From assembly GCA_964449275.1 (NCBI GenBank), contig CAYVAM010000002.1, positions 1 through 62,231 of the forward strand: 62,231 bases of DNA, given 5' to 3'. Source of the DNA: an uncultured Anaerolineales bacterium. Its GTDB lineage: Bacteria > Planctomycetota > Phycisphaerae > FEN-1346. A model generated the notes under the pieces. It searched no databases and was not told where the DNA came from. It saw nothing but the letters and a program-made list of their open reading frames with translations. This document shows positions 26,455 through 34,052 of this stretch, piece by piece. The stretch's first letter is position 1. Each line of letters begins with the position of its first letter. The translations under genes were made by a program, and so were the position numbers.

Positions 26455-27470
26455 TCAAGGTTCTCACGTGCCGGGACGTCGGCTTCGCCTACGGGGACCG
26501 GCCCGTGCTGCGCGAGGTCCGCCTGGAAATCACGCCCGGCCGCGTGTCGGTGCTGGTGGGGCCGAGCGGTTCCGGCAAGACCACGCTGCTCTGGATCCTG
26601 GCGGGACTGTTGCGGCCGACGACCGGACGCGTTGTCCTGGGCGAACCCGGCGACCAGGCCGGCACGGCTCGGCCGTTCGACCCGCGGCGCGAGCGGCTCG
26701 GCATGGTGTTTCAGACGCCGGCCTTGTGGGACCACCTGACGGTTGAGCAGCACCTCGACCTCGTGTCGGCAAGTTCAGGTTTGGGGCGGCCCGAGCGCCG
26801 ACGCCGCGCGGACCGGATGCTTGAGCGGATGCGCCTCGCATCACTGCGGGGCCGCCGACCGGCGAACCTCTCGGGCGGCGAGCGGCAGCGGCTGGCCGTC
26901 GCGCGGGCCCTCGCGAACGAGCCCGACTGGTTGTTGCTGGACGAGCCGCTCGCCCATCTCGATGGCCCGGGCCGGGCAGAGGTGTTCGGCCTCCTTCGCG
27001 ACGCCCTCGCCGACACCCAGGCAGGCGTGCTCCTGGCGACACACAACACGACGGAGGCCCTGCGGCTTGCCGACGATGTCATCGTGCTGCTGGACGGCGC
27101 CGTTGCGCAGGCCGGCGACGCCGAGAAGGTCTATCGCCGCCCCGTCAACCTCGCCGTCGCGCAGGCGCTCGGTCCGGCAGGTGAACTTCAAGGCGACGCG
27201 GCCGGCGGCGTCCTGACGTGCGACGGGACGGCGATCCTCGAAGGTCTGCCGCCGAACCTCGCCGGACGGCAGCGGCTCATCCTGAGACCGGAGGACGTGA
27301 CGTTCCAAGCGGACCCGGCCGGCAGCTCGCGGGTCGTCCGCTGCGAACGTGTCGGCGGAGTCTGCCACCTGTTGGTGGAGGTTGCGGCCGCGCGTCTGTG
27401 GGTTCAGCATCCAGAGGCCTGCCGGGACGGGACCACAGGACGCCTGGCGCTGGTGTTCTGTCCCACGTGA
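26451..27470 (+). CDS. ABC transporter ATP-binding protein (FbpC/PotA-like)
   Basis: Walker A GPSGSGKTT, signature LSGGERQR, Walker B LLLDEPL. ATGA overlap with the permease. The last 4 codons and the stop lie inside the MITE at 27454-27576. Confidence 0.85.
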   Translation: MIKVLTCRDVGFAYGDRPVLREVRLEITPGRVSVLVGPSGSGKTTLLWILAGLLRPTTGRVVLGEPGDQAGTARPFDPRRERLGMVFQTPALWDHLTVEQHLDLVSASSGLGRPERRRRADRMLERMRLASLRGRRPANLSGGERQRLAVARALANEPDWLLLDEPLAHLDGPGRAEVFGLLRDALADTQAGVLLATHNTTEALRLADDVIVLLDGAVAQAGDAEKVYRRPVNLAVAQALGPAGELQGDAAGGVLTCDGTAILEGLPPNLAGRQRLILRPEDVTFQADPAGSSRVVRCERVGGVCHLLVEVAAARLWVQHPEACRDGTTGRLALVFCPT

Positions 27471-27576
27471 AACGGTGGGTGCCACTGGCGGCTTGTCCGC
27501 CAGTGCCTTCCTGCTGCTCGCCACACACTGGCTGACAAGCAGCCAGTGGCACCCCGCAAATCAGCAGCGACAGAGC
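27454..27576. mobile_element. MITE-like element F (123 nt), copy A, with a 5-bp target-site duplication
   Basis: Near-identical to 59109-59231. Nested inverted repeats ggtgccactggcggcttgtc / gacaagcagccagtggcacc. Short TIR GYTCTGTC. Flanked by GCTGG (27449-27453) and GCTGG (27577-27581). Confidence 0.75.
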
Positions 27577-27622
27577 GCTGGCCCGGCGCGATTGACCGTC
27601 AACGGGGCGGCCGCCGGGCCCA

Positions 27623-28765
27623 TCACCACGATGGCCCGGCCGGCGGGGCGGCCTTGTCGGAACCGCGGCCGAAGAAGGTCCAGAGCAGGGCCACGCCGAT
27701 GGCCAGGATCGACCCCGCCGCCAAGTCCGGCAGTCCGGTCAGCCATGCCAGAAAACCGACCCCGGCCGCCACCAGAACGGCGATCATCCACACGACCAGA
27801 AGGTCCGAACGGAACGTGCGAGCCGGCCGCCGTCCCGGCGACCCCCAGACGGGCGCGGGCAAGTCCGGCGAACCGGCGCGCGTGTCATCGGGCGATCCGA
27901 TCTCGCCCCGTACGCGTCGGTCGGGATACGGCGCGTTCGGCCGGCCGGCCGGGCCCCTGCCTCCGGGGAGCGTCGGACGAACGACCGCCTCGGCCCGCAG
28001 GACCGGCTTCTCGCGGACGACGGGTTCCGCCATGGGCGCCCGTTCGAGAGGGACAGGGAGGGTTTCGCGGACCGTGGACTCGGGAAGCGGCTCGGATTCC
28101 TCGCGGAACCTCAATTCCGACGGGGCCTGGGGCGCGGGCGGGGCGGGCGGTTCCTTTCTTGCACCGGGCGGTGTCCCGGCGCCTTCATGTGACCCGCGTG
28201 CGAGCGAGTCCAGCGCGTCGGCGGCCCGGGTAACCTCCGGCGCGGCGCGTTCCGGCGCGGCGCGTTCCGGCGAGACGGACTCCGGCTCGGCCCGGGCGGC
28301 CGACGCACGGGCAACCTCCCTGGCCAGGGCGTCACGCGCCGCGGCGCCCGGATGGTCGGCGAGTGGCGTCGGCTCGGCCCGGGCGGCCGTCTTTCCCGGA
28401 ACGGGTCCAGCCCACCCGTGGGGCTTTACGGCCAGGGACTTCGAACCGGCGTCCTCGATCGCGAGCCACGCGGCCTCGTCCGCCGACATCCGGGCCTGGC
28501 GGCGTGGAACGACGCGTTGCGGCACGTAGGGGGGATCGTCTTTGCCGGGGATGACTTCCGGGGCGCGAAGTTGGAGCCCGCACGACGGACACTCGACCCA
28601 CTGGCCGGTCTGCTCCGGAAAGATGATCAGTTCCGTATTGCACATGGGGTTGGGGCAGAGGAACGCCCAGACCTGAACGGCCTTGGCGCGCGGCGCCTCG
28701 GCGCGCAGGTCGGGTTCCGTTCCGGCTGCGGGACCGTCCGACGTCCTCTGGGAAGCCGAGTCCAT
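27623..28765 (-). CDS. zinc-ribbon protein with a long Pro/Ala/Glu-rich disordered region and C-terminal TM helices
   Basis: Start ATG 28765 (GGAG upstream). CPNPMCN...18 aa...CPSC is a four-Cys ribbon. The low-complexity middle is followed by C-terminal LLVVWMIAVLVAAGVGFLAWL and AAGSILAIGVALLWTFF. Confidence 0.5.
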   Translation of the reverse strand: MDSASQRTSDGPAAGTEPDLRAEAPRAKAVQVWAFLCPNPMCNTELIIFPEQTGQWVECPSCGLQLRAPEVIPGKDDPPYVPQRVVPRRQARMSADEAAWLAIEDAGSKSLAVKPHGWAGPVPGKTAARAEPTPLADHPGAAARDALAREVARASAARAEPESVSPERAAPERAAPEVTRAADALDSLARGSHEGAGTPPGARKEPPAPPAPQAPSELRFREESEPLPESTVRETLPVPLERAPMAEPVVREKPVLRAEAVVRPTLPGGRGPAGRPNAPYPDRRVRGEIGSPDDTRAGSPDLPAPVWGSPGRRPARTFRSDLLVVWMIAVLVAAGVGFLAWLTGLPDLAAGSILAIGVALLWTFFGRGSDKAAPPAGPSW

Positions 28766-29000
28766 AACGTCTCCACCGCTTATGTTACGCACCCCATCGG
28801 CGCAAGAGCAACCCAAAATGGACGCCGTCCTGCGTCGCCGCACGCGGATGGCCGGCGTCCTGGAAGAAGCCCGACGGCCGCACCGCAAAACACCGGGAAC
28901 TCCCCGGGGCCGGCACGGTTCAACTGGAAGCGGATGGGGGCCGCCAGTGCTTCCCCGCATCATCCTGATCACGTCGGGCGGGAAACGGAGCGGGGCTCGG

Positions 29001-32000
29001 ATGAGATTTGCCGCAGTGGTTCCGGCGCTGGGCGTCCTGGCTGCCCTCAGCGGCCCCGTCCTGGCGGCCGAATACAGCCAGACGATCTCCTTCCGCGAAC
29101 CGGTCGGCTACTCCTGGACCGACGAACTCGTCCACCACGACGTGCGGATTCCCGAGGCCAAGGTCGCGGCCAACACGTTCGCCCTGGCCGACTCGGCCGG
29201 CAAGCCCGTGCCCGTCCAGGTCGATCTCCTCGAAGGCAAGCCCGGCGCCGTCCGCCGCGCGCGGCTGTGGCTGAAGATCACCCTGCCCAAGAACCGCCGT
29301 GTGACGTACCGGCTGACCTACCGCGACGACGGGCGCAAGGCCGGGCAGCCCGGCGGCGGCCTGAGCGTCCGACGGGAAGGCGACCGGCTCGTCCTTTCGA
29401 CCGGCGCCGCCGAGGTGGCGATTCCGGCCCCGTCCAAGGCGTTTCCCCGCCCTTTGGACCTCGCCAAGACGCCCGCGCCGGTTCTCGGCGCCCGGCCGCA
29501 CGCAGCGAAGGCGTGGTACGGACAGTGGCGCCTGCAGGGCGCCGGCCGCGTCAAGGAGATCAAGACGACGGTTGAAGCCGCCGGGCCACTGCGCGGCGAG
29601 GTGCGGCTGAAGTACGTCCTCGATGAGAAGGGACACAGTTACGAGGTCACGATCCGAGGTGTCCGCGGCGAACCGTGGATCGACCTGGAAGAGAAGTACC
29701 GTCTCGGCGAGGGCGCACGGATGGCGTGCGTGCTGAAGGACCGCCTGAAACCGTCCGAGGCGCTCTGGCTGCCGTGGTTTGTCGGCGCCGACGGCAGCGC
29801 GCGGCCGGCGTACGAGGTTCGGCGCGACCCTCTGGCGGGGCGATTTTGCGAAGGCCGCCCGTTCGCGACGCTGCGACCGAAGCGGAGCCGTGTCCCGGAC
29901 AGCGCCCAGGTGTGCCTGGCGGTTGGCTCGGGCGACGGTCGGCCGGCCGTCGGCGCCGCGATGGTCTGCGCCGGCGAATGGTCGCGACCGTACGAGCAGT
30001 TCCCGGCCGTGCGGGCACTCGAGGACGGCCGCGGGATGGCGATCGCGTTTCCGCTGGCCGACGGACGCCGGCGATGGGCCCTGCTGGCGGGGCCCGTGAA
30101 ACGGTTCGACTCGAAAGGGGAACTCCAGGCCCTCATCCGCTCTCGCGCCGACATTCCGCTCGACCGCGTCCTGAACGAGTGGGTCCTTGAGTGGAAACGC
30201 GACCCCGCCAGGCCCGCCCCCCACATCCTCACGACGCACGAGCGTCTTCAGAAGATTCGCGACGACGTTGCGGGCGGCAAGGACACGCCGGCGGCGCGGC
30301 TGGTCATGGGCGTGGTTCGCGGCGAGATTCCGGGCGACCGGCATCTGGCGGAGTTCCTGGCGGGTCGGCGTGAGCGGCTGCCCGGCCCGGGGCTCGACAC
30401 AGGCGTGTACCTCGGCCGCTCGTATCAGGATGCGTTTCTTGCGCCGGGTGCGCAGGCGCGTCGGCTGGCGGCGGCGATGGTGCGTGCGGACCTCTCGGCG
30501 GCCGGTGGCCCTGCCGGCGACGCGCGGGCGGCACTGCTGGGCTACGTGTTCGCGGACCCGAATTACCGGCCCGGGTCCGGCGCCGGTTGGGACGCCGGCG
30601 GCACGGCACACGGCCACGAGATGTACGGTCTTGGCATCTACGCGGCGGCGATGATGCCCGACCATCCGCAGGCCCGGCGGTGGATGGACCGCGGCCTGCG
30701 GGACTTGCGGGAGGACCTGCGGCGGACCATGGCGACGGCGGACGGCGCCGGCCGCGCCTGTCCCGGCGGGCAGGCGGCGACGCTCGCCCCGCTGCTGCGC
30801 GTGGCGCGGGCGGCCCAGAACTCGGGCTTGGCGGACCCGTTTGAGTGGCCCGAGTGGCGGGCGCAGATCGAGTTCCTGCGCCACCTGCACACGCCGCCCG
30901 ACCCGCGATTGGGGCGGCGAAGTCTCGCTCCCCTCGGCGACACCTCGCCGTGGCAGGACGCCGCCGGGCGGCTGTTCGGCGTGGCGGCGGCGGGCATCCG
31001 GAAGCGCGATCCCAAAACGGCCGGCGTCTGGCAGGCCCTGTACCGCCACTACTATGGCGACGGCGGCAGCGGCGACCTGGCGACCGACGTGCTCCTGGCG
31101 GATCCGTACGCTCCCGCCGCACGCCTCGACCCGGCCGATTGGCCCAGCCGCGCGTTCAAGGGCTTCGGCGCCGTCCTGAGAAGCCGTTTCGGCACGCCGC
31201 ACGAGACGTTTGTGGCCTTCAAGTGCGGCAGCGCGCGCGGCGGGTACCACGGCGACGAGTTGAGTTTTCATTTCTTCGGCGCCGGGATGCCCATCGCCCT
31301 GGACTGGCAGTCGGGCGACGCGCCGCGGCCGGACCAGGAACACATGCATAACCGTGTGAACCTGGGAGACAACGAGAACATGGACGCCGTCGGGCAACTG
31401 CTGGTGATGGAAACGTCGGCGGCCGGCGACGTTGTGGTCGGCCAGGTGAGGACGAGCCGTCTGCGGCGGCTGCCGCGCTGGCCGCACGAGACGCCGGAGG
31501 GTGCCGCCTTTCCGCGCCGGCGGCTCAACCATACGGCGCGGTATCGGCGCCTCGTGATGCTTGTGAAACACGCGGCGGGGTCGGCGCTGGAGGACTACCT
31601 CGTCATCCGCGACGAGATCGCCTCCAGCGAGCCGGCCACGTTCAACCTGTGGACCCTGGCGCGGTCGGTCCGTCAGGAGGGGCAGACGTTTCGTTTCGAC
31701 GGGCAACTGGCGGCCGACGCGGTCCTCTACATGGCGAGGGTCGAGAACGAGAAGGTGAGCCTGGCGCGGTGGGCGTGGCCGAAGCGGGACTCTTCGAGCG
31801 AGATCCCGAAGGATTTCCGCATCGGCGCCGACCGGTGGCGGAAAGGGGAACTCCAGCAGGGGGTCCGCGCGACCGAGACGCCCGGCCGGCCGTTCCTGGC
31901 AGTGTTGTATCCTTACCGCAAGGGCGCCGAGTCGCCGGCGTTTCAGACGCTCGCCGACGGCAAGGGTGTGCGCATCACGCTCGGCCGCACGCGCGAGGAG

Positions 32001-32108
32001 GTGTACCTTGCGACCGACCCGCCTCGCGGCGTGGACGGTCAGGCGGTGATCCGTCGCGGCGGCAAGACGACGGTCGTCCTCAAGAAGGGCGCCGCGGGGC
32101 GGTTGTAG
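29001..32108 (+). CDS. secreted heparinase II/III-like (polysaccharide lyase-like) family protein
   Basis: Start ATG 29001 (MRFAAVVPALGVLAALSGPVLAA signal). The central alpha/alpha-toroid-like region has PHILTTHERLQKIRDD. The GGYHGDELSFHFFGAGMPIALDW block resembles the heparinase II/III C-terminal motif. Confidence 0.45.
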   Translation: MRFAAVVPALGVLAALSGPVLAAEYSQTISFREPVGYSWTDELVHHDVRIPEAKVAANTFALADSAGKPVPVQVDLLEGKPGAVRRARLWLKITLPKNRRVTYRLTYRDDGRKAGQPGGGLSVRREGDRLVLSTGAAEVAIPAPSKAFPRPLDLAKTPAPVLGARPHAAKAWYGQWRLQGAGRVKEIKTTVEAAGPLRGEVRLKYVLDEKGHSYEVTIRGVRGEPWIDLEEKYRLGEGARMACVLKDRLKPSEALWLPWFVGADGSARPAYEVRRDPLAGRFCEGRPFATLRPKRSRVPDSAQVCLAVGSGDGRPAVGAAMVCAGEWSRPYEQFPAVRALEDGRGMAIAFPLADGRRRWALLAGPVKRFDSKGELQALIRSRADIPLDRVLNEWVLEWKRDPARPAPHILTTHERLQKIRDDVAGGKDTPAARLVMGVVRGEIPGDRHLAEFLAGRRERLPGPGLDTGVYLGRSYQDAFLAPGAQARRLAAAMVRADLSAAGGPAGDARAALLGYVFADPNYRPGSGAGWDAGGTAHGHEMYGLGIYAAAMMPDHPQARRWMDRGLRDLREDLRRTMATADGAGRACPGGQAATLAPLLRVARAAQNSGLADPFEWPEWRAQIEFLRHLHTPPDPRLGRRSLAPLGDTSPWQDAAGRLFGVAAAGIRKRDPKTAGVWQALYRHYYGDGGSGDLATDVLLADPYAPAARLDPADWPSRAFKGFGAVLRSRFGTPHETFVAFKCGSARGGYHGDELSFHFFGAGMPIALDWQSGDAPRPDQEHMHNRVNLGDNENMDAVGQLLVMETSAAGDVVVGQVRTSRLRRLPRWPHETPEGAAFPRRRLNHTARYRRLVMLVKHAAGSALEDYLVIRDEIASSEPATFNLWTLARSVRQEGQTFRFDGQLAADAVLYMARVENEKVSLARWAWPKRDSSSEIPKDFRIGADRWRKGELQQGVRATETPGRPFLAVLYPYRKGAESPAFQTLADGKGVRITLGRTREEVYLATDPPRGVDGQAVIRRGGKTTVVLKKGAAGRL

Positions 32109-32195
32109 GCCATCGGCCGCGCGGTGCCGCTGCCTGTTGGCGTTGCGAAGAAGGCGCGGCAGGGACGCAGCGGCGAAAAGGAGAGGCCAACAACA

Positions 32196-34043
32196 ATGTC
32201 GAGAGCATCCAATCGTTTCCTTGCCTATGTGCCGTTGCTGCTTCTGCTCGTTGGGCAGGTCTTCGGGGCTGCCGCGCCAACGGTTCCGCAGAACGTGACG
32301 GAGTTGTGGGCCGATTTCGACCCGCGCGCTGAGCCGCTTGGGGTTGAGGTGGCGGCGGAATGGGCCGACGACGTTGGCGTCTACCAGGTGCTGCGGTACA
32401 CGATCGGCACGTTCAAGGGCGCAAAGGCCCGCATGGCCGCCTTCTACGGTCGTCCGAAAGTGGACGCCAAGGTCCCCGGCCTCTTGCACATGCACGGCGG
32501 CGGGCAGCGGGCGTTTCTCAACCCCGTGGAGTATTACGTCGGCCGCGGGTACGGGTGTATCTCCGTCAACTGGGGTGGCCGCCCGATGGACGAGAAGCAT
32601 CCCGAGTGGCCCAACACGGATTGGGGCGCGGTGGATCCGACGCAGTCGAACGTGCCGGGGTACGCGAGCCTCAAGCCGACGCCGAAGAGCCTCGCGTCGT
32701 TCGCCTCGCCGAAGAACAACAACTGGTATCTGCTGACGCTGGCGTGCCGGCGGGCACTGACGTTTCTGGAGCGGCAGCCGGAGGTGGACGGGGACCGGCT
32801 CGGTGTCTTCGGCCATTCGATGGGCGGCAACCTGACGTTCTACGTGGCGGGCACCGACGCGCGGGTGAAGGCGGCGGTGCCGTCGGTCGGCGGCGTGGGG
32901 TTCCGCACGCACGACGTCCCCGGCATCCCCGGGACGGCCCGCAAGACCGACGGCAGCGACGCCGCCACCGCGCTGTTCCGAAAGACGATCGCGTCGGAGG
33001 CGTACGCGCCGCACGTGGCGTGCCCTATTCTCTTTCTCGGCGCCACGAACGATTTCAACTCCCGCATGGAGAGCGTTTACCGGTGCTACGGCCTGCTGCG
33101 TCACCGTAACCAGCGGTTCACGTTCGCGCCGCACCTGAACCACCGTTTTCTGCCGGAGAACGAGGTGTGCCGGCCGCTGTGGCTCGACGCCCATCTGAAA
33201 GGGGGCTTTGCGTTTCCGAAGACGCCGCCGGCCGAACTCGTCCTGGACCGGCCGGACGGTGTGCCGCGCGTCCGCGTCAAGCCCGACCGCGCGATGCGTG
33301 TCGGCGCCGTGGACATCTATTACGCCATCGACCCCGATGCCCTGCCGCGGTTCTGGCGCGATGCCGGCGCGCGGCAAGAGGGCGATGCGTGGCTCGGCGA
33401 GTGCCCCATCCTGGATCTCGACCGGCCGCTGGTGGCCTTCGCGAACGTCCACTACGAACTGGACCGGCCCGAGACGCTGTCGCGAAACCGCCGCGTGGAG
33501 CGGCTCTGCCTGAGTTCCGATCTCCTGACCGCGACGCCGGAGATGCTCCGGAAGGCCGGCGTGAAGGCCACCGACCGCCGCTCGCTCGTCATCGACGACT
33601 TCGAGCGAGGGTTCCACGACTGGTACGTGCTGGAGCGCGGCAACCCGCACCACTGGCAGTTCTGGACGCGGAAGGTGACCGATCCGAAGTGGCGGGGGCC
33701 GAAGGGCGCGCGGCTGACGCTGGAGGTGAAGTCGGCGCACGAGAACCGGCTCGTGGTCATCGTCCGCGAGAACGAGTGGCGGGGCTATCGCGGGCGCAGG
33801 AAGGAGTACCTGGCCCAGGTGACCCTGAAGGCGTCGGACAACTGGCAGGAGGTCTGTCTGCAAGCGGCAGATTTCAAGAATGCCAAGGACGCCGCGCCGC
33901 TTGCCGCATGGGACGAGATCGACCAACTCGGCATCCGCGCCTACGCCGACATCGTGCGGCTCGGCAAGAAGGTGCATCTGGGCGGCAAGTGGGCAGGTCC
34001 GATGCCACAGTTTCGCATCGTGCGATGGGTACGTCGGGGATAA
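32196..34043 (+). CDS. secreted alpha/beta-hydrolase (acetyl-xylan-esterase/dienelactone-hydrolase-like) with a C-terminal beta-sandwich region
   Basis: ATG 32196 follows AAAGGAGAGG. Signal FLAYVPLLLLLVGQVFGAA. LLHMHGGGQ oxyanion-like block and GVFGHSMGG nucleophile elbow (GxSxG). Confidence 0.55.
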   Translation: MSRASNRFLAYVPLLLLLVGQVFGAAAPTVPQNVTELWADFDPRAEPLGVEVAAEWADDVGVYQVLRYTIGTFKGAKARMAAFYGRPKVDAKVPGLLHMHGGGQRAFLNPVEYYVGRGYGCISVNWGGRPMDEKHPEWPNTDWGAVDPTQSNVPGYASLKPTPKSLASFASPKNNNWYLLTLACRRALTFLERQPEVDGDRLGVFGHSMGGNLTFYVAGTDARVKAAVPSVGGVGFRTHDVPGIPGTARKTDGSDAATALFRKTIASEAYAPHVACPILFLGATNDFNSRMESVYRCYGLLRHRNQRFTFAPHLNHRFLPENEVCRPLWLDAHLKGGFAFPKTPPAELVLDRPDGVPRVRVKPDRAMRVGAVDIYYAIDPDALPRFWRDAGARQEGDAWLGECPILDLDRPLVAFANVHYELDRPETLSRNRRVERLCLSSDLLTATPEMLRKAGVKATDRRSLVIDDFERGFHDWYVLERGNPHHWQFWTRKVTDPKWRGPKGARLTLEVKSAHENRLVVIVRENEWRGYRGRRKEYLAQVTLKASDNWQEVCLQAADFKNAKDAAPLAAWDEIDQLGIRAYADIVRLGKKVHLGGKWAGPMPQFRIVRWVRRG

Positions 34044-34052
34044 AGCGCGACG

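Noticed and set aside
28920-33977. 1685-aa ORF on the minus strand, the longest in the track
   Set aside because: It lies antisense to two well-supported plus-strand genes (heparinase-like, esterase). Its composition is dominated by Arg/Pro/Gly/Ala, as expected for the shadow frame of GC-rich coding DNA. It has no recognisable motif or signal.
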